A stretch of 64,000 nucleotides of DNA, taken from positions 31,590 through 95,589 of the forward strand of contig CAWEHK010000024.1 in the NCBI GenBank assembly GCA_963808625.1. Reading direction: 5' to 3'. Source of the stretch: an uncultured delta proteobacterium (GTDB lineage: Bacteria > Desulfobacterota > Syntrophobacteria > Syntrophobacterales > Syntrophobacteraceae). Position 1 is the first letter of the stretch, and each line of letters starts with the position of its first letter. The notes below the pieces were generated by a model. That model worked only from the letters and a program-made list of their open reading frames with translations, did no database searches and had not been told where the DNA came from. The position numbers and the translations under genes are program-made. This document shows, one piece after another, positions 21,104 through 32,213 of this stretch.

Positions 21104-22054
21104 ATGATTGAAGCGGAAGGCTTGACGAAATACTACGGTCCGCTGCCGGCCATCCGAGATGTAAATTTCACCGTCGAACGGGGTGAAGTGGTCGGTTTCC
21201 TGGGACCGAACGGTGCCGGCAAGTCGACAACGATGCGGATTTTGACCTGTTATATGCCACCCACCATCGGCGTGGCGCGGATCGACGGCTTGGATTGCTT
21301 TGCCCGGTCGCTGGAGGTTCGCAGGAGGGTAGGCTACCTGCCGGAGAGCGTGCCTCTCTATGGCGAACTCACGGTAAAGGGCTTCCTACGTTTCGCGGCC
21401 GGGGCCAAAGAAGTCGAGGGGCGAAAGGTGGAGGGAGAAATCCGGCGGGTTGTCGCTATTTGCGGCCTGGAAAAAGCCGCCCATCGCATTATCAGCCACT
21501 TGTCCAAGGGCTTCAGGCAGCGTGTCGGCCTCGCCCAGGCCCTCCTGAACAACCCCCCGGTATTGGTCCTCGATGAACCGACCATCGGCCTGGATCCCGC
21601 GCAAATCATTGAAATTCGCCGCCTGATTCAGGACCTGCGGGCGGAGCACACCATTCTTCTAAGCAGCCATATCCTCCCGGAAGTGGCCCAGATCTGCCAG
21701 CGGGTGCTGATTATCAATAAAGGCCAAATCGTGGCCACCGATACTCCTGCCAACTTGACCAGCCAGTTGCAGAAGTCCGCCCGGATCCAACTGCGAATTC
21801 GGGGGCAGGCCAACGAATTGGCTCCGGCTCTCGAAAATTTGGGAGCGGTTCAGAAAGTATCGCTGGTCGAGGCGGAGCCCGAGAGGTTGCTCGTCGAAAC
21901 CGATCGCTCCCGGGACCTCAGGCCGGAGATCGCACGTCTGGTGGTCGGCAAGGGTATTGATCTCCTGGAGCTTAGACTTGTGGACCTGAGTCTTGAAGAC
22001 ATCTTCATGCAGTTGGTGACGGAAGAACCGTCTCAGGAGGAAACCCAATCATGA
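21104..22054 (+). CDS. ABC transporter ATP-binding protein (GldA-like)
   Basis: GPNGAGKSTT, LSKGFRQRVG, LDEPTIGLDP, SSHIL. Confidence 0.92.
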   Translation: MIEAEGLTKYYGPLPAIRDVNFTVERGEVVGFLGPNGAGKSTTMRILTCYMPPTIGVARIDGLDCFARSLEVRRRVGYLPESVPLYGELTVKGFLRFAAGAKEVEGRKVEGEIRRVVAICGLEKAAHRIISHLSKGFRQRVGLAQALLNNPPVLVLDEPTIGLDPAQIIEIRRLIQDLRAEHTILLSSHILPEVAQICQRVLIINKGQIVATDTPANLTSQLQKSARIQLRIRGQANELAPALENLGAVQKVSLVEAEPERLLVETDRSRDLRPEIARLVVGKGIDLLELRLVDLSLEDIFMQLVTEEPSQEETQS

Positions 22055-22821
22055 AAGGCTTTCTCGCGGTTTATCGAAAAGAGCTTTACAGTTTTTTTGC
22101 ACTCCCCGTCTTCTATGCCGTCGCTTTCACCTTCCTGCTTCTTTCCGGCTACTTCTTTTACAGTGCTATGGTCTACTACAACCTGCTCAGCTTTCAGGCC
22201 ATCCAGAACCCCATGATGGCCAAGCAGATGAATCTCATGGAAATGGTCCTGCGGCCCTTCTTCTTTGACCTCAGCATTGTCCTTCTGCTGATTTCTCCGC
22301 TCCTGACCATGCGCCTCTTCGCCGAGGAGCGGAAAACAGGGACCATGGAACTGCTGCTCACCTATCCCCTGCCGGACCGGTCGATCATTCTTGCAAAATT
22401 TGCGGCGGTGGCAAGCGCCTTTGCGGTCATCATGGCAGGCACCCTCCCCGGTATGTTCCTTCTGAGTTACCTCGGCACCCCGGCCTGGAAGCCCATTTTC
22501 TGTGGTTACCTGGGAGTTTTGTTGCTCGGATGCGCATTCATGTCGCTGGGTATTTTCACCTCCTCGTTGACCCAGAATCAGATCATCGCGGCCGTGCTCT
22601 CTTTTGGGGCCCTTCTCATGCTCTGGGTGATCGGTTGGGCCAAGTCCTATGTCGGATCAGCCATGAGCGAGGTTATTGACTACCTTTCCGTCATCAAGCA
22701 TTTCGATACCTTCGCAAAAGGGATAATCGACTCGAGAGATCTCCTCTATTACCTGATCTTCATCGTGTTTTTCCTCTTTCTTACGATGCGGCAGATGGCA
22801 ACATACCGGTGGCGAGGCTAA
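22051..22821 (+). CDS. ABC-2 permease (GldF-like)
   Basis: LTMRLFAEERKTGTMELLLT, SSLTQNQIIAA; six TM segments. Confidence 0.88.
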   Translation: MKGFLAVYRKELYSFFALPVFYAVAFTFLLLSGYFFYSAMVYYNLLSFQAIQNPMMAKQMNLMEMVLRPFFFDLSIVLLLISPLLTMRLFAEERKTGTMELLLTYPLPDRSIILAKFAAVASAFAVIMAGTLPGMFLLSYLGTPAWKPIFCGYLGVLLLGCAFMSLGIFTSSLTQNQIIAAVLSFGALLMLWVIGWAKSYVGSAMSEVIDYLSVIKHFDTFAKGIIDSRDLLYYLIFIVFFLFLTMRQMATYRWRG

Positions 22822-22835
22822 AGGAAAGGAACACC

Positions 22836-24279
22836 ATGGCAGGCATGAGCAAGTACAGTCGCATATGGAGCTACGGTTCGAGCACGGTGCTCGCAACGCT
22901 CTTCTTCGTGGGCATCCTGGTTTTTCTTGTGTTGATTGCAGAACGCCATCCATGGCGTGTCGATATGACGGAATCGGGAGCGTTCACGCTTTCCGAGCAG
23001 ACCCGCAACATTCTCAACGCCCTGGAACAACCGATCGAAATCAAAGCATTTTATGCAACCGCAGCGCCCGAAGAGGCGAAAGCAAAGGACGTCCTCGAAA
23101 CCTATCGTTACGCCGGCAGCAGGATCACTTATGAATTCATTGACCCCGACCGGCAGCCCGATATGGCTCGCCGGTTCGAGGTTCGCTCCTACGGGACCCT
23201 GGTGCTGGAAGGGTACGGCAAGAAGCAGTCCATCCAAAATGCCGATGAAGAAAGTATCACCAATGCCATCCTTAAGCTCAGCAGCAACGAACAGAAGAAG
23301 CTCTATTTCACGATAGGCCACGGCGAACACTCGCTCGAGAAGAGCGATAAGGAAGGGTATTCGGGGTTGCGCGAGGCCTTGGAGAAAGAGAATCTGGTCG
23401 TGTCCGACCTGAATCTCTTCCAGCAGGCGCAGGTCCCTGCCGATGCGGCAGCGGTGATCATTGCCGGACCACAGAAGCCGTTCTTTCCCCAGGAGCTCGC
23501 GAGCCTGAAAGCATACCTCGAGGCGGGCGGCAAAATTGATGGCCCTCCTCGATCCCTACCAGGATGGGGGTCTCAGGCAATTCTTGAAAGACTACGGCAT
23601 CGACCTGAATGATGATGTCGTGATTGATAAACTCAGCCGGGTCTTTGGCGGCGACTATCTCATGCCGGTCGTGATGCAGTATGGTCATCACCGGATCACG
23701 GAGAACTTCGATGTGGCGACATTCTATCCGGAAGCTCGGGCGGTGATTCCCGCCCAGGGACCCCCTGATGGTGTCCAGGTCGAGGTCCTTGCCTCAACCT
23801 CGGAAAACGCCTGGGCGGAGCGGGACCTGGAGATGCTCAAGGGCGGTGAGGCCGGATTTGACGAGAAAGAGGACATACTGGGGCCAATATCTTTGATTGT
23901 TCTCGCCGAAATCGAACGCAAGCAAACGAGCCCGGCTGAATCCGGGGAGGTTCCGGGCAAAACGGGGAATGAACCGGCCGCCGACGACAACGAGACCAAA
24001 CCAAATCCGGCGTTCCTGATTGTCGCGGGTGATTCGGATTTTGCCTCGAATACCTATTTCGGACTTTCCGGAAATGGGGACCTTTTCCTGAATATGGTTA
24101 ACTTCCTTGTCGAGGAGAAGAACCTCATCACCATCAAGCCGCGCGGGAAGTCTCAACAGCCGATGCTGATGACGCAGACCCAGGCCTGGGGGGCGTTTCT
24201 GGTGGTGCTGGTGGCGGTGCCGCTGCTGGTTCTTGGCTCCGGTTTGGCGGTTTACCGGGTGCGGAGGTCCCAGCGATGA
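22836..24279 (+). CDS. GldG-like ABC auxiliary protein (frameshift near 23530)
   Basis: DMTESGAFTLSEQT, YFTIGHGE and IIAGP in one frame; VAGDSDF, NGDLFLNMVNFL and C-terminal TM in the next. Confidence 0.82.
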
Positions 24280-25656
24280 AGTGGCGAAGCTCCCTCGTCT
24301 ATCTCTTGGTGCTCGTGCTGGTAGGTGGCTATTATTATTACTTTGAGGTCATTCAGAAAGAAAAGCAAGAAAAGGCGGCCAGCGAGGCCAGAAAGGTATT
24401 CCGGTTTCAGGCGGAGCAGGTGAGCACCCTTGCGATTAAATCCGGGGACCAGGAGACGGTTCAGTTAATTAAGGAAGGGCAATGGAGAATCGTTGAGCCG
24501 ATCAAGGCAGATGCGGATAAATCCTCCGTTGACGAATTTCTCGGCGCCTTATCGAAACTCGAAGCCGAGCGTGAAGTGGCTGCCGCTCCTGACGATCTGA
24601 AACCCTTTGGGCTTCTGAGCCCATCGCTCACCATCAGCTTTCAGGTCGGAGACCAAAAACTGGCCATGCTGGTTGGCGATAAAAACCCGGTGGGAGATGG
24701 TTCCTACGCCAAGACATCGGACCTGACAAGGGTGTTTCTGATCGCCGAGGGAAATCGCTCTGCTCTCAACAAGGGCCTCACCGAACTGAGAAAGAGGCAA
24801 CTCTTCAGCTTTCAGCTGCCTGACGTGGCCGGCATGCAGGTGGCGTGGCGCGAAGGCAACGTGATAACCGTGGAACTGGCTCCGGATGAAAAGGGATGGA
24901 AAGCATCCGGGGACCCCGGGACGAAACTCAAGAAAAGCAAAGTGGACAACATCATAGAACAAATCCATTGGCTAAGGGCTCAGAATTTCTTGGAGAATGA
25001 ACCTTTGAACCGGCCGGTTCATGGGTTGGGACCTCCTTTTGTGACGGTCACCCTGCGGCTCAAGTCGGGTGAGAACGCAGAGCTACGCCTGGGAAAGAAG
25101 GAGAACGATGCAAAGCAAATCGTCGCCCTGAGCTCGCAACTGCCGGCCGTAGTCCAGGTGGCCGGCAACATCCTGGACGACCTTCCAAAGGACCTTCCGG
25201 CTTTGGAGGATCGTTCTCTGCTGGGACTTCAACACGGATGCGGTTAAGCAGGTTGAATGGCACGTGGCCGACTCCCAAGGCCATGTGGTCCAGTTGGACG
25301 AAAGCCGGTGGGGCCTAAAGAAGGGAGATGAAGAACCGCAGCCCATCGAGGACTCATGGCATGTCAGGTCGCTCCTGTGGGACCTTGGCGATGCTGAATA
25401 TCTGAAGAAACTCGACCCGGCGCCGCCTGTTCCGCTCCCACCCCATGGCAGGATTGAACTCAGGGATGCCGAAAAGAGCCTGCTGACCCTGAGCTGGGAG
25501 AAACCTCCCCAGGAAGGCCGCGATCCCGTCCCGGTCTGGATCCGGAAGGAAGGCGAACCGGCGGTCTGTGCAAATGTCGATGCAGCACTCCTCCGGCGGG
25601 TCGAAGCGGACCTTGAGCGCCTCCTCCATCCTGAAAGAGCAGAGAGTAAGAAGTAG
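24276..25656 (+). CDS. DUF4340-like protein (frameshift near 25230)
   Basis: N-terminal TM; repeated W-x-I-x-x-P...AD...V...L and FGL/HGL-x-x-P motifs; usual partner of GldAFG-like modules. Confidence 0.72.
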
Positions 25657-25757
25657 GAAGTAAGGAGTAGGAAGCAGGAAGTAAGGAGTAAGAAGTAAGC
25701 AGTAGGGAGAAGGGAGTGAAGGGTGAAGGGAGAAGGGAGTGAAGGGTGAAGGGTGGG
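25645..25757. repeat. Purine-rich 7-mer tandem array (AGTARGR, then GAAGGGW)
   Basis: AGTAAGA AGTAGGA AGTAAGG AGTAGGA AGCAGGA AGTAAGG AGTAAGA AGTAAGC AGTAGGG AGAAGGG... Confidence 0.75.
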
Positions 25758-25786
25758 GCCCAGGGCGTTGGAATGTGGCAGCGAGA

Positions 25787-25811
25787 TGTGGGGCAGGCTT
25801 TCCAGCCTGCC
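25787..25811. repeat. Single REP-like unit
   Basis: TGTGGGGCAGGCTTTCCAGCCTGCC. Confidence 0.65.
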
Positions 25812-25815
25812 AAAC

Positions 25816-26619
25816 TTATATGCAAGCTAAAACAGCAGCGAAGGCATCCTGAATGAAATCAGAGGCCGGAGGGGAACACACTACCACGGAAAGGCCCACC
25901 GGAATCAACGCCAGCAAATGACTCACCGGAATCCGCGGCAGAGTCACCGGCCGGTCTTCACGATAGCCCCTGGCTGCTAAAGCCAGTGCCAGTTCATCGG
26001 CGCGGAGCAAAGACCGGCGAAAAAGCGGCAGCACCAGAAACTTGGCTTTGTGCAGGATGTTTCTACGCTGATTGCCCAAACGTGATCGGTTGGCCAGTGC
26101 CACTTCCTCGCGCTGATCCATGATCAGGGGGAGGAGCCTGAGGGTGAGGGTGACCATCAGAGCGATCCTCTGCGCCGGCAGGAACGGAAAGGGCTTCAGG
26201 AACCAGATCAGAGCATTTTGCAAGTCACGAGGTTTCGTGACCAGCGTGAACAGTACCCCGTAGCAAAGCATCAACGCCAGCCTCCAGCAGGTCAGCCCAG
26301 CAGCAAGCACACTTGACTCGCTCACCGGAAGCCAGGAGAAGAAGGTCCTCTCCGCATCGGGAGAGCCCAGCACCTGCACCAGAAAAATGAAAAGCAAAAA
26401 TATGGCCCAGGCCTTGAGGTCCTGCGCCATGGCTTTCACGGGCAGGCGGCAGGAGGCTGCAATACCCACCAGCAGAAGGGAAAAGAGCACGAGTGCCGGT
26501 TCGTTCATGTGAAGCAGGCCGAAGGTTGCCAGCACGAGGCCAAGAAACCGGCAGCGGGCATCCCAGCGATGCAGCAGCGAATTCCCTGGAAAATAGTGAA
26601 AAACTAATCCAGAAGCCAC
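25816..26619 (-). CDS. ECF transporter transmembrane T component
   Basis: YFPGNSLLHRWDAR, LRLLP, ANRSR and ALAARGY motifs. Confidence 0.85.
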   Translation of the reverse strand: MASGLVFHYFPGNSLLHRWDARCRFLGLVLATFGLLHMNEPALVLFSLLLVGIAASCRLPVKAMAQDLKAWAIFLLFIFLVQVLGSPDAERTFFSWLPVSESSVLAAGLTCWRLALMLCYGVLFTLVTKPRDLQNALIWFLKPFPFLPAQRIALMVTLTLRLLPLIMDQREEVALANRSRLGNQRRNILHKAKFLVLPLFRRSLLRADELALALAARGYREDRPVTLPRIPVSHLLALIPVGLSVVVCSPPASDFIQDAFAAVLACI

Positions 26620-27350
26620 GACACCGGTCTTTCTCCAAACAGGCTGTAGCAGGGTGGTCGAATGTTGTAGCGCCGCAGTTCGGGGATGATCGATTGCGGC
26701 GGGGCCAGGGCCTTCAATTCGCCGTTGGCGATCACGGCCACCCGATCAGCGTGGATAATCACTTTTTCCACATCATGAGTGGCCACAATAACCGTGTGGC
26801 CGTTCCCGTGCAGTTGCAGAATTTGTTCAAGCACCTGACGCACGCCACCGTAGTCCAGGTTGGCAAAGGGTTCATCGAAGACGAGGATGCGCGACTGCAT
26901 GGCCAGGACCCCCGCAATGGCAACGCGGCGTTTTTCGCCGCCCGACAAAAGATGGCAGGGTCTGTGATGGAGACTTGCCAGACCAACCATGCTCAGCGCC
27001 GAGGCCACGCGATCGCTCACCTCATCGGGGGCAAGTCCGAGGTTCTCCGGTCCAAAAGCAACGTCTTCCGCCACCGTTTCGCCGACAATTTGGCTGTCGG
27101 CGTCCTGAAAAACCATACCCACGCGCTGCATCACCTGCCTTTCGGCTTTGACCGGATCCAGACCATCCACCCGTAGAATACCGGAAGAAGGTTTCAAGAG
27201 GCCGTTCAGGTGACGGATGAGCGTCGTCTTGCCGCTGCCGTTCGGACCGCAGACAAGCAAGAACTCCCCGTCGTGGATGTCGAGGGTGATGCCCTTCAGG
27301 GCAGGAGTTCCATCCGGATATGAATAGGTAAGGTCCTGAATGCTGATCAT
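26604..27350 (-). CDS. ECF transporter ATP-binding A component
   Basis: GPNGSGKTT, VFQDADSQIVG, LSGGEKRR, FDEP, ATHD. Confidence 0.92.
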   Translation of the reverse strand: MISIQDLTYSYPDGTPALKGITLDIHDGEFLLVCGPNGSGKTTLIRHLNGLLKPSSGILRVDGLDPVKAERQVMQRVGMVFQDADSQIVGETVAEDVAFGPENLGLAPDEVSDRVASALSMVGLASLHHRPCHLLSGGEKRRVAIAGVLAMQSRILVFDEPFANLDYGGVRQVLEQILQLHGNGHTVIVATHDVEKVIIHADRVAVIANGELKALAPPQSIIPELRRYNIRPPCYSLFGERPVSWLLD

Positions 27351-27355
27351 TTCAC

Positions 27356-27432
27356 CAACTATCAACCACCAACCACCAACCACCAACCATCAACCATCAA
27401 CCATCAACCACCAACCATCAACCATGAACCAT
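27356..27432. repeat. 11 x 7-mer tandem array (CAACCAY)
   Basis: CAACTAT, 3x CAACCAC, 3x CAACCAT, CAACCAC, 2x CAACCAT, GAACCAT. Confidence 0.85.
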
Positions 27433-27982
27433 CAGTCACCGCTGCCAGTTGGTGTTTGACCACAGGCCGAATGGCCCGCGCCAGAAGAACTGCCGCCGCC
27501 GCTTTGAGCGCATCGCCGGGAAGGAACGGAAGCATTCCCACCATTACCGCCTTTTCCCAGGACATACCCGTGACCAATTTAAGCCAGGGCACGCCAAGGA
27601 GATAAATCATCAGCGACCCGAGGAGAACCGCGAGGACGTCTCCCACCGTCGGATTCCGCAGGTTTTCGACCAGGAAACCAGTGACCAGGGCGCAAGCAGC
27701 AAACCCCAGGAGGTAACCCCCCGTCGGCCCCAGGAAGTGAGCCAGCCCGCCCTTGCCGCCGACGAAGACCGGCAGGCCGATGGCTCCGACCAGCAGATAG
27801 ATCCCGACACTTGCCAGACCCCACCGGCTCCCAAGGAGCAGGCCGGCCAGGAGGACGAAGAGGTTCTGCAGCACCAGGGGCACGGGTCCCACGGGAAGAG
27901 GGATCTGGAGATAGGCTCCGACCGCTATGAGTGCGGCCATGAGCGAGGCATATACAACGAGCTGCAATTGTTTCCGGTCCAC
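27404..27982 (-). CDS. bioY: Biotin ECF S component BioY
   Basis: PVPLVLQ, YLLVGAIGLPVF, GPTGGYLLGF, PFLPGDALK; GTG start with GGAGG RBS. Confidence 0.92.
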   Translation of the reverse strand: MDRKQLQLVVYASLMAALIAVGAYLQIPLPVGPVPLVLQNLFVLLAGLLLGSRWGLASVGIYLLVGAIGLPVFVGGKGGLAHFLGPTGGYLLGFAACALVTGFLVENLRNPTVGDVLAVLLGSLMIYLLGVPWLKLVTGMSWEKAVMVGMLPFLPGDALKAAAAVLLARAIRPVVKHQLAAVTDGSWLMVGG

Positions 27983-28022
27983 AGAACGTAACCTCCAGAT
28001 CGAGTGTCTCTTCAGCGTACTG

Positions 28023-28088
28023 CATGGCAGGCTTTCCAGCCTGCCATGCCGAACCGGCCAAAAAGCGGGCTGGAAAGCCTGCCCCACA
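28023..28088. repeat. REP-like doublet
   Basis: GGCAGGCTTTCCAGCCTGCC ... GCGGGCTGGAAAGCCTGCCCCACA. Confidence 0.7.
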
Positions 28089-28156
28089 AATTAAGGCTCT
28101 CTGCGGGAAACTTGTCGCACACGGAGAACAACTCTCTCGGCTGATAAAAATGGGAT

Positions 28157-28192
28157 GTTGGTTAACCTGTTTCGAAGCACAGGTTAACCAAC
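28157..28192. promoter_or_regulatory. Candidate BirA operator upstream of bioY
   Basis: Perfect 14-bp IR GTTGGTTAACCTGT-N8-ACAGGTTAACCAAC, i.e. GTTAACC-N14-GGTTAAC, resembling BirA boxes; 175 bp upstream of bioY. Confidence 0.55.
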
Positions 28193-28205
28193 TCTGAGAA
28201 TGGTG

Positions 28206-29973
28206 TCAAGAGGAGAGGGTTATTGTTGTTTGGTGGTTGTTTTTGCCGGGCGCGCTGCTCAGGGTATAGCTGAAAATGGTGCTTTTTGATTGCCAGAACT
28301 TCATGTAGTCTTTTGCCAGCACAAGGCTCACCACAAGCTGGGCCGTCCCGTCGTTGTTCAAGTCACCAATCCTGATGGCGGTCACCATGCCGTTGATTTC
28401 CCGGGTCTTCCAGTTTTCCACGAGCCCGAGTTGGTCCCAGGAGAGGGAGACAATTTCACTGCGGTCGTAAAATTTGAGCCCCTGCGCCAGGAACGATGCC
28501 ATGATATCCAGGGTCCGGTTCGCCACGATCTCGGGAATGTCATCATGGTTCAAATCGGTAATCAGGACGGGGGAAGGGATAGAATAATAGTCGATATCGT
28601 TGAAGCGCAAGTCATTGACCTTGGCTTCAAAAGCGTTGGTCGTGCAGGCGAATTTCCGATCGCTTCTCCACATCTGGTCACCCGCTGAATTGAGGATGAG
28701 CAAATTGTTGGAACTGTCGATCAGGATTGTCTCTTCAGAACCGTCCTTCTTGATGTCGGCTTTGGCAAAGTTAAAGACATTGCAGCGGCTCGGGAGGTGC
28801 ACCTGCACCAGGGGGGCAAGGCTGTCGCCCCGGAGTTGCATCTCATTGATTTCAGGCTGGAAGGCGCCCCTCGTCGAGTCGCCTTTCTGCTGTCCCAGAA
28901 GAACCTTACCGCGCTTTGGGAACTCAACCGTGTTGAGAAAGTAAGGCAGCCTGTCGCACACGACCTCCAGTTTGGAGCCTGCCATGCTGAGCACGAAGGA
29001 AGAAAGAAACTCTCTGCCATAGTCGGGCTGATTCTGTTGGATTTCGCTGGGCGTGGGTCGTGCACCGGTGCCTGTGCGCAGATTGGTAACGAAGATCTCC
29101 ACCTTGCCATCGCGATTGATGTCAAACACTGATACCCAGAGGTAGCGATCCGTACTCAAACCGTTGAAGGTGGCAAGGGATCTCAGTCCTGCGCCTTCTT
29201 TCCGGTAAACCATTATCTTATTCTGCGTGACCATAACCATTTCGGTGCGGCCATCGCCATCCAGATCCCCAATATCCATCCCGACAATGCCGCCCGGAAA
29301 GTCCTGGCTCCTCCAAAGCCCGGGCTGCCGGAGCGAGCCTTCGGGGGTTATTTCGATGAAATTGGGGTTAAGGTAGGAGATCTTGTCGCCGGGCAGCATC
29401 GTGGTGGGAATGAGCAGTTCCGGATTGCGAGTGGAATAGGTTTCCTGCTCCGATGGGCGCGGCTTGACCCTTGTCCCCAGGTCGTGCAAAGACTTTCTGG
29501 TTGATTTCCTGGGCGAACTGATTGACCTGGGGGATCACATCGTCGAGAGACTTGGTCTGAGAGGAAAAGGTGAGGGGGTCGCCTTTCCCGGAGAGCGGGA
29601 GCATCTTGGCGTCGATGCTGACGGCCTGACCGGCACCCGTCAGACTGCCGAAGACCACGTAGTCGGCTTTTAGGGTCCGGCCGATCCGCTGCGCATCCTC
29701 CGAAGAAATGTCGGATTTCATCCCCCGAGTCGCCTGGTCAACTGCCGCCCGGTCCAGCACCTGGACTTTCCCTTCCCAACCCAGGCGGGATGTCAACATG
29801 TCCCTGATCCCGTCCTGCAGGTACATGAGTTGGGCGGGTGTGTGCATACTGAAAGGGAGAATCGCCAGCTTTACCGGTGTGCCGGCCGGTTCGGCTGCGG
29901 CCGAGGTCGTTGCGGTAAAGATGGACATAAGAAACATTACCACCAAAATCGTCGAAAGCCTTTTTACCACCAT
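28206..29973 (-). CDS. Exported FG-GAP/VCBS-repeat protein with N-terminal TolB-N/CsgG-like domain (frameshift near 29465)
   Basis: Signal peptide; LAILPFS...GIRDMLTSRL...ADYVVFGSLT; repeated GDLDGDG, DINRDG, DLNHDD and GDLNNDG motifs. Confidence 0.75.
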
Positions 29974-30413
29974 GTTTCATTCCTCTGTGTTTAAGCTCAC
30001 GATTGCCGGTTGATCCGAGTCCCTGAATGCTTACAGGCCCGTTTTTCAACGTAGGTCATTGCCATATACTCGATTGCCGCGATTTTGGAAATGGCAAAAT
30101 GTGAGAGCATCGAGCCCTGAGGGTTTCAGAGAGAACACGCGAGGCATGATTTGAAAGGTTTCCTCTTGCCATGGTTTCCGGGCGCTCTGGGCGTGGCAAT
30201 TGAAAATTGAACAGCAATGTGAAAATTGTTTTTAATTCTTCTTGACATTTTATTTCTATACGTATATCAGAATTTCTTAAATTGTGTCAAAGGGGCTATT
30301 ATTAACCTTCTTGAAAACGAAAGGGGGTGAGAGGCAAAAGATCGCGAGTTGGTGTTCTTTTGGGGCTAGTATTGTGGTGAACAAGAATCGATTAGTTTTT
30401 GAGGAGGAAGGAA

Positions 30414-32100
30414 ATGAGAAAGTTTCTCGTTCCGTCATTGGTTATCGCTTTAGCGCTGCTTATCGCAGTGCCGTCGTTCGCCCTTGAGGTCAAGTGGGGC
30501 GGCCTGTTCCGTGCCCGTGTGATCTCTCAGTCAGTTTTCGAGGGGAATCTGGTGGGATTATGGCTATGGCAATCCGCTCACGGGAGCGGGGCGATTGACC
30601 CCACTGCGATGAGTGCAAGGACATTTGATCTTTCACAGTCGACCAATCTCGACCTGACGCAACTTACCAAAACTCCCGCCAGGGAGCATCTTTCAACCCA
30701 AGCCCAATTATCCCAACGCCGGCTACGCAAGGGGTGTACCCTATACGCAGCACCACAACCGTTTCGATCAGCGCCTGAGGATGTACATCGATTTCATCTC
30801 CAGCGAAAATCTGAAGGTCGTCACCAAATTTGAGACCCAATCCATCTGGGGTAGAAGCCACTACCTCAGAATAGCAATGGCGGCAAGCCAACACCGGTAG
30901 CGGTAATGTCGGCGCGGACTCCGGAATCCCTTAACGTGAAAAACGTCTACGCTGAATTTAAGATCCCCAACACGCCCCTTGCGGCGAGAGTGGGTGTGCA
31001 GGGTGTTGCCCTGTTAGACTCCTGGATTATTGACACGGATGTCTCCGGTGGGTTGATCATTGCGGACCTCAAGCCGGTCACGTTGATCCTCGGTTATGTC
31101 GCGGGTCAGAATTATATCACCACGACCGAAGACGAGAACATCGATGACCTGGCAGGGGCCGTGATCTACAAGCAAGGGGGCTTCACCGCAGGTCTGGTCG
31201 GGTTGTGGCAGGATGCTCACAACACGCCTGCCAGCGTTTTCCCGACGCTGGCAGCAGCCTTCGATGATCCGCTGCAGGTCAGTGTTCCCGCTTCTACGGC
31301 GATTCCCAACCCCTACCAGTACATGGTGGTCAATGGTGCTGTTGCGAATGTGCCGCAGGTCCTTGCGCAGCAGAACGATCTCATCGATGTCGGTCTGCAA
31401 TTGGGTTACAAGAACGATTTCTTGAGCGTTTACCTGAACGCCGTCAAGAACTTTGGTAGCGTACAGCTTGGCCCCAATGTGAACACGCTGTTCAATGCCG
31501 ATTACAAAGGCTGGATGGTTGACGCGGGCGCGAACTGGTTCTGCGGGCCGTTTACCCTCAACGGCGGCGGTTTCTACACCTCCGGATCGGAGCTCACCCT
31601 GGTCACGAAGAATGGCGGACTTCCGTCGAGTACCAATCCGCAAATCATTGCCAGTAACCTGGATATCGATGGCTTCACCTATCCGCTGACGCACCTCGAA
31701 GTACTTCTCGGAAATCATCGGTGGCGGTATCTTGGATAACATTGCTCCGAATGGTGGTTATTGGAGAGGCTATCCGAACCCGACCAACCTTTGGACCGTG
31801 ACTGCCGGTGGTGCCTACCAGTTCCCCACGACCAAAGTGGCCCTGTCTTACTGGTATTTCGCAACGTCAAATGCGGTACCGTCCGAGTTTGACCCCACAT
31901 TTGGGACGTGGAGTACGAGCACCAACCTCGGCCACGAAATCGACCTGAACATTACCCAGAACATCGTCGACAAGTTGAACCTTGACCTGGTCGGCGCTTA
32001 TCTGTTCCAGGGCGATGCGTACCGGACCAAGACCCTTGGCGTCGATTACAACGATGACAATACCTATGAACTCGGCGCTCGCTTGCAGTGGGCCTGGTAA
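30414..32100 (+). CDS. Outer-membrane porin-like beta-barrel protein (several frameshifts)
   Basis: Signal peptide ending SFA; NVKNVYAEF, LGHEIDLN, LDLVGAYLF; C-terminal YELGARLQWAW beta-signal; strong RBS; split over multiple frames. Confidence 0.72.
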
Positions 32101-32130
32101 ATTCTGCGGCTAGTTTCTGCCATTAACCTT

Positions 32131-32165
32131 GAGACCGGGTGGTTCGCCATCCGGTCTCTTTTTTT
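32131..32165 (+). terminator. Rho-independent terminator of the porin gene
   Basis: GAGACCGGGTGG-TTCG-CCATCCGGTCTC followed by T7. Confidence 0.85.
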
Positions 32166-32213
32166 GCGTTTCCTCTTGTTCTACAACGAGGTTTCGGGAG
32201 GGAGCCTCAATTC

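Noticed and set aside
21104..25656. Gliding-motility function for the GldA/F/G-like module
   Set aside because: This ABC architecture is widespread outside gliding bacteria, and no other gld/spr genes are present.
27356..27432. Tandem repeats considered as a CRISPR array (also 25645-25757 and 44320-44379)
   Set aside because: Units are 7-9 bp with no unique spacers, and no cas genes are present.
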